Assembly (NCBI GenBank): GCA_947631955.1
Contig: CANRNJ010000005.1
Location: 85,544 to 149,543, forward strand
Origin: an uncultured Lachnospiraceae bacterium
GTDB lineage: Bacteria > Bacillota > Clostridia > Lachnospirales > Lachnospiraceae
Direction: 5' to 3'
DNA length: 64,000 bases
Part shown: piece after piece, positions 57,403 to 64,000 of the stretch
Numbering within the stretch: position 1 is the first letter of the stretch
Layout: each line of letters begins with the position of its first letter
Made by a program: the position numbers and the translations under genes
The notes under the pieces: model-generated
Database searches by the model: none
What the model saw: the letters and a program-made list of their open reading frames with translations, nothing else
What the model was told of the DNA's origin: nothing

Positions 57403-58051
57403 CGATCGTCTTCCCCTCCCTGTCCGCCGTTTCGATAAGCGCCTTGTTCACATCTTCCTCATAGATCCGCATCTCCACCTCAATGGGCGTGGGATCCTTG
57501 GTGATCCTTCTGCCTCCGATATGATTGAAGAACACGATGATCCCGACGGCAAGGCCCACGGAATAGGACAATTCCAAAATTCCGTATCCATCTCCCTGAT
57601 ATCCCGTCACCATCTCGTAGATCTTGGAAAACACATCGTTTATCCCGATATCATTGTGAAAGGCCATGATCGTAAAAGAAGTCCCGAAGAAACTGACCAA
57701 CGCCACAAATACGAGTTTCAGCGTCTGAACCGGTCCTTTATGCTTGTCCACACGGATATGATCGACCATGACCGCCGGTTCCCCGATGCTCTGGATCTGC
57801 ACGCCCGGACAGGCCTTCTCGATCTCCTCGATCACCTTGAGCAGACTGATCACCTGCCTCTGGGGGCCGTCCTCCTTAAAATGGCACAGTTTGATCGCTT
57901 TGGCCTTCGCCAGGACATGCGGATCGCTGCAGTTCAGCTTGGCGATATCCTTTACATAGACGTCTTCCGACTGTATCTCCACATTTTGTTCCGCTTTGAT
58001 ATAGATGGTTGCATTTTTATCCAAATGACTGGATGGGTTATTAGCTGGCAT
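57392..58051 (-). CDS. spoVAA: Stage V sporulation protein AA
   Basis: FFGTSFTIMAFHND, FFNH...DPTPIEVEMRIYE. Confidence 0.9.
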   Translation of the reverse strand: MPANNPSSHLDKNATIYIKAEQNVEIQSEDVYVKDIAKLNCSDPHVLAKAKAIKLCHFKEDGPQRQVISLLKVIEEIEKACPGVQIQSIGEPAVMVDHIRVDKHKGPVQTLKLVFVALVSFFGTSFTIMAFHNDIGINDVFSKIYEMVTGYQGDGYGILELSYSVGLAVGIIVFFNHIGGRRITKDPTPIEVEMRIYEEDVNKALIETADREGKTIDVD

Positions 58052-58145
58052 GACATATCCTTTCGGGCGGCGTGTTTTTCTTTTTTTGGTTTACATAAAG
58101 TATGCGCAACGCATACCTGTCGGCCGGTTCCTATAACAACAATAT

Positions 58146-58174
58146 CAGTATGTCATTTTACTGAGCTTTTATTC
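58146..58174 (-). promoter_or_regulatory. SigG-type promoter for spoVAA-AB-AC
   Basis: Minus strand GAATA-N17-CATACTG. Confidence 0.65.
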
Positions 58175-58209
58175 TCTTCCAGTTTTTATTCTCTGTAATC
58201 AAAAACATA

Positions 58210-58238
58210 TTGACAGATTGTATATCCGTGTATATACT
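58210..58238 (+). promoter_or_regulatory. SigA promoter of TA operon with overlapping GTATAT-rich operator-like motifs
   Basis: TTGACA-N17-TATACT; palindrome GTATATAC at 58230. Confidence 0.7.
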
Positions 58239-58308
58239 TATAGTGTACAGTATATCTGATATATATATTTGGCAATACTAGTTTCACAAAACAGAGGAGA
58301 ATTTTCAA

Positions 58309-58629
58309 ATGAGTGAAACATATAAAGTATTAGATCAGGCGATCGATAATTCCGCTGCATTTCATGAGTTTTCCGAAACGACCATTGTAAAATGGGGAAA
58401 CAGTCAGGGTATCAGGATTCCCAGATCACTGATGGAACTGATGAACTTAAGTATTAACGAAAAAGTAGAAATTGGTGTTGCCAACAATATCATGTATATT
58501 AGAAAAAGCTGTCAATATCAAAATCTAAAAGAAAGGATGGAGGCCTTTTATCAAAAACCAATCGATAAAATCTATGTAGAAAGCACAGAAGAAGATTGGG
58601 GGCCGCCGCAAGGTGATGAAATATGGTAA
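58309..58629 (+). CDS. AbrB/MazE family antitoxin
   Basis: IVKWGNSQGIRIP; C-terminal EDWGPPQGDEIW. Confidence 0.9.
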   Translation: MSETYKVLDQAIDNSAAFHEFSETTIVKWGNSQGIRIPRSLMELMNLSINEKVEIGVANNIMYIRKSCQYQNLKERMEAFYQKPIDKIYVESTEEDWGPPQGDEIW

Positions 58630-58958
58630 GCGATGATGATTTTCACTATGGCGCCATCATCAGGATGGATTTCAATCCACAAGCCGGGCATGAACAGGCC
58701 GGATGGCGTCCTGCCATCATTATCAGCAACGATTATCTGAACAAGCACAGCAACATGGCAATGGTCTGTCCGATCACGCATACGAACAGGGATCATCCTT
58801 TTCATGTCCCACTGGACGATCGTACGAAAACAGACGGATTTATTCTTTGTGAACAGGCGAAAATGCTTGATATCCATGCCAGACGAGCGAAATTTATTGA
58901 AGATGCGCCGGAAGAAATCATTAACGAGGCTAACGAGATCGTTAGACAATTTTTGTGA
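58623..58958 (+). CDS. PemK/MazF family toxin
   Basis: FNPQAGHEQAGWRPAIIIS, VCPIT, LCEQAKMLD; overlaps antitoxin stop. Confidence 0.92.
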   Translation: MVSDDDFHYGAIIRMDFNPQAGHEQAGWRPAIIISNDYLNKHSNMAMVCPITHTNRDHPFHVPLDDRTKTDGFILCEQAKMLDIHARRAKFIEDAPEEIINEANEIVRQFL

Positions 58959-59124
58959 ATATTAATAGATTGCCTGAACTATTATATCAAAATTTACGCA
59001 AGAAGCGAAAAAGTGACTAAAAGGATATTTTTTTAATTTCTTATTATGAATAAAACCAAATGAAATACAACGAAAATGAGAACAAATCATAATTTTATCA
59101 AGGAATTTTGATTTTATAAAATGA

Positions 59125-59180
59125 AAAGAGTCATTGCCTCACAGATACACGATCATCTATGGTGCAATGGCTCTTCTTTA
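59125..59180. terminator. Hairpin terminator between convergent TA and XRE units
   Basis: AAAAGAGTCATTGC...GCAATGGCTCTTCTTT. Confidence 0.6.
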
Positions 59181-59264
59181 TGCAGCCATTTATTACCTCA
59201 TTCCACATCTGCATCATTACCACCGATTTTTCTTTAGATATACCATCAGATAAACCGGAAACTG

Positions 59265-59504
59265 TTACTGCCTTTTAAGTAAACGCTGTTTGAAAGCTCT
59301 TATTCTTTGCCCATAACGACTTGTAAAGACAATGCCGCATAAAATCATTCCGACTGCGGCGCCTTCGGCAAAGTTTGAAACTGTATTTAGGACGGTATTA
59401 TTATTTAGTTCCGTGTGGCTGATCAAACTTGCCGCAAACCAAAAGATCGCCCCTGTCAGTAGAAGTAAGTGTACACGCTTCGTATATTGTTCTGTTACTT
59501 TCAA
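59265..59504 (-). CDS. Small two-TM membrane protein
   Basis: TTG start after SD GGGGAG at the XRE gene end; MKVTEQYTKRVHLLLLTGAIFWFAASLI...GAAVGMILCGIVF. Confidence 0.6.
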   Translation of the reverse strand: MKVTEQYTKRVHLLLLTGAIFWFAASLISHTELNNNTVLNTVSNFAEGAAVGMILCGIVFTSRYGQRIRAFKQRLLKRQ

Positions 59505-59508
59505 ACTT

Positions 59509-60393
59509 TTATACTCCCCTGCCCGTGCAAATGACAAGCTCACTCTTAATGCCGTTCAGTTCAATAATATTCTCCGCATCGGGCGTGTCAAACCGCTCAG
59601 CCTGCCTACCGTCTTTCTCATAAGAGATATGCGTTTCAATGCCCTTCGTAACAGCGGTAAAGACAGCATCCTCTGGGATATGGATTCTTGAAGTCGCCGA
59701 TATTTGATTGATGTCCACCTCACCTTTTAAGGAATGGCACACCACTTCCATATCAAGATTGCAGTTGATCTCTACCGTCCCAGAAATATTCTCCAAAATA
59801 ATATTGGGCGTCTTTGCATCAAGCTCTATACTGTCACATTCTAAAGAACGGATTTCTACAGTTTCCGCATGGACAGCACATTCAATTTTTCCGATATAAG
59901 GCGATGGGATTTGGACAAAGATACTGACCGCTTCCTTTGCCGCCGCTTCGGATACGCTGTTTTTTCGGTTTACATCCACATCGATCCGTTTTCGGATGTC
60001 GTCAATCTTGACCTTAAAATCATTCTGGAGCGTGGAGAAGGTATTGGATGCCAGACGGACACGGATTTTCTCGCCCTCATAGCCCGACAACAGGAATTGC
60101 TTTGCCCCGCCAAACTTCATGTCATAGCGTTTCGGCTCGTCGATATCGTACTCTGTGACGCTCTCAAAAAGATACTCTGTCGGTTTTTTCGCTCCTCCTT
60201 CATTGGAGAGCAGCTCGTCAATGGAAATGTCAAACAGGGCGGAGATTGCCATGATATTTTCAATATCGGGGATGCCTGCATCCGTTTCCCATTTTGTAAC
60301 TGCCTGTCTGGACACGCCGAGCTTCTCCGCCAACTGTTCCTGCGACATACCTGCCTGCTTGCGGATGGATTTCAGTTTTTCTGCAAATATCAT
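59509..60393 (-). CDS. XRE family HTH protein with C-terminal beta-rich (DUF4097-like) domain
   Basis: LKSIRKQAGMSQEQLAEKLGVSRQAVTKWETDAGIPD. Confidence 0.85.
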   Translation of the reverse strand: MIFAEKLKSIRKQAGMSQEQLAEKLGVSRQAVTKWETDAGIPDIENIMAISALFDISIDELLSNEGGAKKPTEYLFESVTEYDIDEPKRYDMKFGGAKQFLLSGYEGEKIRVRLASNTFSTLQNDFKVKIDDIRKRIDVDVNRKNSVSEAAAKEAVSIFVQIPSPYIGKIECAVHAETVEIRSLECDSIELDAKTPNIILENISGTVEINCNLDMEVVCHSLKGEVDINQISATSRIHIPEDAVFTAVTKGIETHISYEKDGRQAERFDTPDAENIIELNGIKSELVICTGRGV

Positions 60394-60591
60394 GTTCGTG
60401 ACCTCCTTGTTTTGCTCTGTCCAGTATAGGAAAACGCATTTTGCATTACAAGCAAGCAGAGATTACATTCCTGATTTTCCTGCTGCTTTGCGTGGCATTT
60501 CTGAATTTTAGGCATTTTTCTGTTTGAAGTCCAGCATTTTAGCTTCGATCCCTTTAGTCACTGTTACCTGTCAATCCTTTGCGTCAATCAA

Positions 60592-60663
60592 ATTAGGCGC
60601 TTTCATCCAAAGCTCATATGCCACAGCTCGTTTCGGCTCTCTTGGATCAATCTCTTTCGACAT
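60592..60663 (-). pseudogene. 5' fragment of CatA-like O-acetyltransferase gene
   Basis: MSKEIDPREPKRAVAYELWMKAPN matches the recalled N-terminus of this Lachnospiraceae family; similarity ends abruptly and a stop follows. Confidence 0.5.
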
Positions 60664-60671
60664 ATTTACCC

Positions 60672-60974
60672 TCACAACTCCCGATTTTTCTTTGAGTTTA
60701 TCAAAAATATATCCTGCCTTCAATCGCACAAATGCAATCCCTGGCAGCGCTATCCTTCCCTATCATCCGGCAGATACAGCAGATTCCCGCGCCCGTCCGC
60801 CCTAATCTTCTCCACCGCATACCGCAGCCATTCCTCCGGCACAGGAATATCCCCGGTATATGGTATCCGTCGGCATTGCTCCCGCCGCGCCAGCCATTCA
60901 AAACCGTTTCCAACCTTTTCATGGAACGATATTTCGTTAAATGAAAGTCTAAAATTTTTAAAGTTAATTGACAT
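60672..60974 (-). pseudogene. Frameshifted/decayed gene of unknown family
   Basis: MSINFKNFRL...GNLLYLPDDREG stop; another frame continues ALPGIAFVRLKAGYIFDKLKEKSEL to a TGA just before the next ATG. Confidence 0.4.
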
Positions 60975-61071
60975 ATTTTCGTTGCCTTCGTAAAATGATA
61001 ATAACGATGAGGAAAGTACTCCGCCTATGAATCGTCCCGGCGAAGAAAAATGCAGGTTTGCCATTTTTTGA

Positions 61072-61100
61072 TTGACATTGTAAACCAAAACGTTCATAAT
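61072..61100 (+). promoter_or_regulatory. SigA-type promoter of RelB/DinJ gene
   Basis: TTGACA-N17-CATAAT. Confidence 0.6.
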
Positions 61101-61128
61101 GAGAACATAGATGAAAGGAGATGATTGC

Positions 61129-61401
61129 ATGGCTACCACTCCAACACAAATTCGTATTGATTCAAATATTAAACGTGAAGCAACAGCCCTATTTTCAAAC
61201 CTTGGTTTGGATATGTCAAGCGCAGTAAATCTTTTTCTGCATCAATGTGTCCTCCACGGCGGTCTGCCTTTTGCAGTAGAGATTCCGCAATACAGCGATA
61301 AAACGCTCAACGCCATGGCCGAAGCCAGAAAAATATCCCGCGATCCTGACATCAAAGGATACAGCAGCATGGAAGAACTAAAGGCGGCACTTGACGACTG
61401 A
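61129..61401 (+). CDS. RelB/DinJ family antitoxin (orphan)
   Basis: QIRIDSNIKREATALFSNLGLDMSSAVNLFLHQ...GGLPFAV...YSSMEELKAAL; SD GAAAGGAG. Confidence 0.9.
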   Translation: MATTPTQIRIDSNIKREATALFSNLGLDMSSAVNLFLHQCVLHGGLPFAVEIPQYSDKTLNAMAEARKISRDPDIKGYSSMEELKAALDD

Positions 61402-61415
61402 TGTACCAAGTCAAA
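61401..61415 (+). pseudogene. Stub of YafQ-like toxin (first 5 codons)
   Basis: TGATG stop/start overlap, then MYQVK; no toxin similarity afterwards. Confidence 0.45.
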
Positions 61416-61455
61416 ATATCAAAAGCACCCCTTGTCCTCAACCACGCAGACGCAA

Positions 61456-63036
61456 TCATGAAAACTCTATCGTTTTCGTGGCAATCTGTTCACGGAAACG
61501 CACATCGTGCTCTACAAACAGCATAGTCGGCTGATGTGTGAGCAACAGCCTTTCGATCTGTATTCGCGAAAAAACGTCGATATAGTTCAGCGGCTCGTCC
61601 CAGATGTACAGATGGGCAGGCGTGAGAAGGCTCGCCGCAATCAGCACTTTCTTTTTCTGTCCTTCGGAATAATCTTCCATATTTTTCAGGAACTGCACCC
61701 GTTCCATATCAAGCTGCCGCAAAATTGCGCAGAACAGGCTTTCATCCAGGCCACGCGCCCTGCAAAATGCCTGAATATTGCCCTTCAGCATGGAAGTATC
61801 CTGATTGATGTAAGAGATCACCAACCCTGCCGCTGTTTCGCAGACGCCGGATTCCGTCACCGGAAGTCCCATGCCCGTGCCGCTTTCCTGCCTTCCCGGC
61901 AAAGCACACGTTTCCTGAACCTCTTGCCCCATGCCTGCTTTCTGCAGGATCAGTTTGATCAAGGTAGATTTTCCGCATCCGTTTTCCCCGTGAAGCGCGA
62001 CCCGTTCACCCTGCATCAGATCAAAAGTCAGATCAGAAAATACCGGGCGGATCGCTCCCTCATAGACAGCGGAAAGCTCACGGATATGGATCAGCCGTTC
62101 CTTATGATGCCGCAGCGGCATAAGTTTCAGATCTGCCGGTTCCTCCAAGTCGGTAAGCAGACCTTCTTTTTCCGCAATCTCCCGCTCGATTCGCTTCTGC
62201 ATCTGCGAAACCCGGCTCTGCGCTTTCTTCGTCTTCGCCCCAATATACGCGCGTGTGTCTATGAAGCGGTCGTGGTCCTTCACGGGATCAAACCCGATCT
62301 TTGTCTGCTCATTTCGGTCTGCCCACTGAGCCTTCTGCGCCGCGGACTGTTTCAGCTTGCCGATCTCTTTTGTATGCTTTTCATTCTCCGCACGCGCAAA
62401 CTGATCCCTGCGCTGTTTGTTCTCCCACCAAACAGAAAAATTACCGGCTTGTACATCAATGCTCTTTCGGTTCAACACCAGCACATGGTCTGTGCAGGCA
62501 TCCAGCAGATCCCGATCGTGGGATACAAGAATAAAACCCTTTTTCGACGCCAGATAATCCTTTACATTCTCTCTGGACATCTGATCCAGATGATTCGTTG
62601 GCTCATCGATCAGCAGAAAATCATTCTCACCGGAAAACAGAACCGCCAGCATGACCTTAGTGCGTTCGCCCAGACTTAGAGTGCGAAACGGACGGTACAG
62701 AACCTCCGCGCTTCCCCGAAGCTGATCCAGCTCCACGAGAACACGCCAAAATTCACAGCTCGCTTTCCAATGCTCCAGAAAGTCCGCAGCCGGAAGCTGC
62801 ATCTGCCCCTGTGTGACCGAATAAGGGAAATAGTCAAATGCAGAAGATGTGACAATGCTTCCGCTATACTCATACTTTCCCAATAACAGGTTCAAAAATG
62901 TAGTCTTGCCCTTCCCGTTGCGCCCTAAAAAACCAAGCCTCCAGTTCGTATCAATGGAAAACGAAACATCTTCAAAAATATTGTCAAAACTGCCCTCATA
63001 GGCAAACGTCAAATGATCCACAAGTATCTGTGCCAA
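61456..63036 (-). CDS. ABC-F ribosomal protection protein (Lsa-like)
   Basis: LTFAYEGSFDNIFEDVSF, GRNGKGKTT, LSLGE, LIDEPTNHLD, linker, GENGCGKST, YSEGQKKK, WDEPLNYID; TTG start after SD. Confidence 0.9.
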   Translation of the reverse strand: MAQILVDHLTFAYEGSFDNIFEDVSFSIDTNWRLGFLGRNGKGKTTFLNLLLGKYEYSGSIVTSSAFDYFPYSVTQGQMQLPAADFLEHWKASCEFWRVLVELDQLRGSAEVLYRPFRTLSLGERTKVMLAVLFSGENDFLLIDEPTNHLDQMSRENVKDYLASKKGFILVSHDRDLLDACTDHVLVLNRKSIDVQAGNFSVWWENKQRRDQFARAENEKHTKEIGKLKQSAAQKAQWADRNEQTKIGFDPVKDHDRFIDTRAYIGAKTKKAQSRVSQMQKRIEREIAEKEGLLTDLEEPADLKLMPLRHHKERLIHIRELSAVYEGAIRPVFSDLTFDLMQGERVALHGENGCGKSTLIKLILQKAGMGQEVQETCALPGRQESGTGMGLPVTESGVCETAAGLVISYINQDTSMLKGNIQAFCRARGLDESLFCAILRQLDMERVQFLKNMEDYSEGQKKKVLIAASLLTPAHLYIWDEPLNYIDVFSRIQIERLLLTHQPTMLFVEHDVRFREQIATKTIEFS

Positions 63037-63063
63037 TACGATCTCTCCCTTCTGAGGCTCCAC

Positions 63064-63095
63064 AAAAAAGGAACCGTTCGTCACCAAACAGTTCC
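63064..63095 (-). terminator. Premature terminator (attenuator) in ABC-F leader
   Basis: GGAACTGTT-loop-AACGGTTCC-TTTTTT about 30 nt upstream of the start; overlaps uORF stop. Confidence 0.8.
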
Positions 63096-63107
63096 ATTAC
63101 GCATCAT
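63081..63107 (-). CDS. Candidate leader peptide MMRNGTVW
   Basis: 9-codon uORF ending inside the terminator hairpin. Confidence 0.4.
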   Translation of the reverse strand: MMRNGTVW

Positions 63108-63268
63108 AACCACACAGGGAGCGCCTGCGATCTTTTATTTCTGTCAACAAAAAAGAGCGGTTATGAGAACATAATCCACTTTTGGCAACATGAAACAATC
63201 ATCTCATCTTCATGCAATCAAAAGCAGATTATCTCCTCATCTTTTCACCCCTCTCATTTATTGGCAGA

Positions 63269-63298
63269 ATTATAACATATGGCAAAATAGGCTGTCAA
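63269..63298 (-). promoter_or_regulatory. SigA promoter of ABC-F leader
   Basis: TTGACA-N18-TATAAT with TG extension. Confidence 0.7.
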
Positions 63299-63315
63299 TC
63301 CTTATTCCTTACCAA

Positions 63316-63507
63316 TCACGAATCCCCCCTGCCAATGACTCTGCGAGCCTTTTCATCTGACAAAATGCCATATCTGTCCGGGCGTCTGTACTTATCGCCC
63401 ATGATGTCGCTGTTTCTATGTATCCTTAGACGATCCAAATCAAGTTCCACAACGTAAACGTTGGGCGTTCCCGGCAGAATCTGTAAAAACGCTCTTTTAA
63501 TATTCAT
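63316..63507 (-). pseudogene. Carbon-nitrogen hydrolase-like gene with in-frame internal deletion
   Basis: N-terminal MNIKRAFLQILPG joined to C-terminal VYVVELDLDRLRIHRNSDIMGDKYRRPDRYGIL. Confidence 0.5.
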
Positions 63508-63572
63508 TTTGATCCTCTTCAATCAATTCGAACTCTATTGCTACCCTGCGTGTCTCTCCGATAAACGAAAAT

Positions 63573-63992
63573 TCAAATTTCTAAAAAATACTTGCTGGAT
63601 ATTTTTTTAAACCCGACTTTTTCATAAATGTGCGCAGCATCCGGAGTATTTGTTGTCAATATAATATCATTAAAACACTCTTTCTTTGCGAAATCCAATA
63701 AATATCTGATCATTTCTTGCTGATACCCCTTACATCTATACTCTGGCTTGGTATAAACACTCACGACGCAACCGTGCCGTCCGTTGCTTTCTGTACATAC
63801 TGTTATTTGCGGTAATTCCGCCAATTCTTCGATCCCGCACATTGCTATCGGTTTTCCCTTTAAATACATCAAAGCAAAATATAACGACTTATTAAGGTGT
63901 TCTTTGATATAATTTTTTGTAATTTCATAAAACTGATCTGAATAAATAGAAAAATCTTTATTCAACGTAAACTTCCAGTCCTCGATTTGCAT
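63573..63992 (-). CDS. GNAT N-acetyltransferase (probably 5'-truncated by window edge; low GC)
   Basis: VVSVYTKPEYRCKGYQQEMI...YEKVGF; frame is open to the window end. Confidence 0.8.
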   Translation of the reverse strand: MQIEDWKFTLNKDFSIYSDQFYEITKNYIKEHLNKSLYFALMYLKGKPIAMCGIEELAELPQITVCTESNGRHGCVVSVYTKPEYRCKGYQQEMIRYLLDFAKKECFNDIILTTNTPDAAHIYEKVGFKKISSKYFLEI

Positions 63993-64000
63993 ATTAACTC

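Noticed and set aside
1533-62679. Long antisense ORFs in the track (e.g. 1533..2333, 9514..10482, 17016..17960, 30591..31466, 52812..54206, 56702..58198, 61507..62679)
   Set aside because: Shadows of well-supported genes on the opposite strand in GC-rich DNA; no motifs.
1-64000. tRNA, rRNA, integrase, intact IS or prophage genes
   Set aside because: None recognised by eye; a tRNAscan/Infernal run would be needed to exclude small RNAs.

Overview
Chromosomal window of a GC-rich (about 55% by eye), spore-forming Lachnospiraceae-like Firmicute. Most genes are on the minus strand. In order: a xylan-type mini-locus (5' end of a GH3 xylosidase, AraC regulator, CE4 deacetylase); a comEA-RR-HK-GerMN-comEC-holA block interrupted by an AAA_14/DUF4143-type ATPase whose upstream region is a 5 x 33-bp repeat array; arginine genes (argJBD and divergent argG, no argC); an ECF sigma cassette; a 1.1-kb direct duplication of a secreted-protein gene whose copies differ almost only in one 75-bp block and flank low-GC decayed cargo; a spoVA operon split into three colinear pieces (AA-AB-AC / AD / AE), with SigG-like promoters at AA and AD; an anaerobic cobalamin cluster with a CbiE-CbiT-CbiA triple fusion, a CobU-like/CobC fusion and two inserted genes (GH26, EF-G/TetM-like GTPase with NYN RNase domain); and a terminal accessory region (MazEF-type TA, XRE gene, orphan RelB/DinJ, Lsa-like ABC-F with attenuator, gene remnants). 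I saw no rRNA, tRNA, CRISPR array, integrase or intact transposase. Family assignments come from recalled motifs, not database searches. The best candidates for undescribed biology are the repeat-array ATPase, the duplicated gene with a variable cassette, and a dispersed structured intergenic element present twice.
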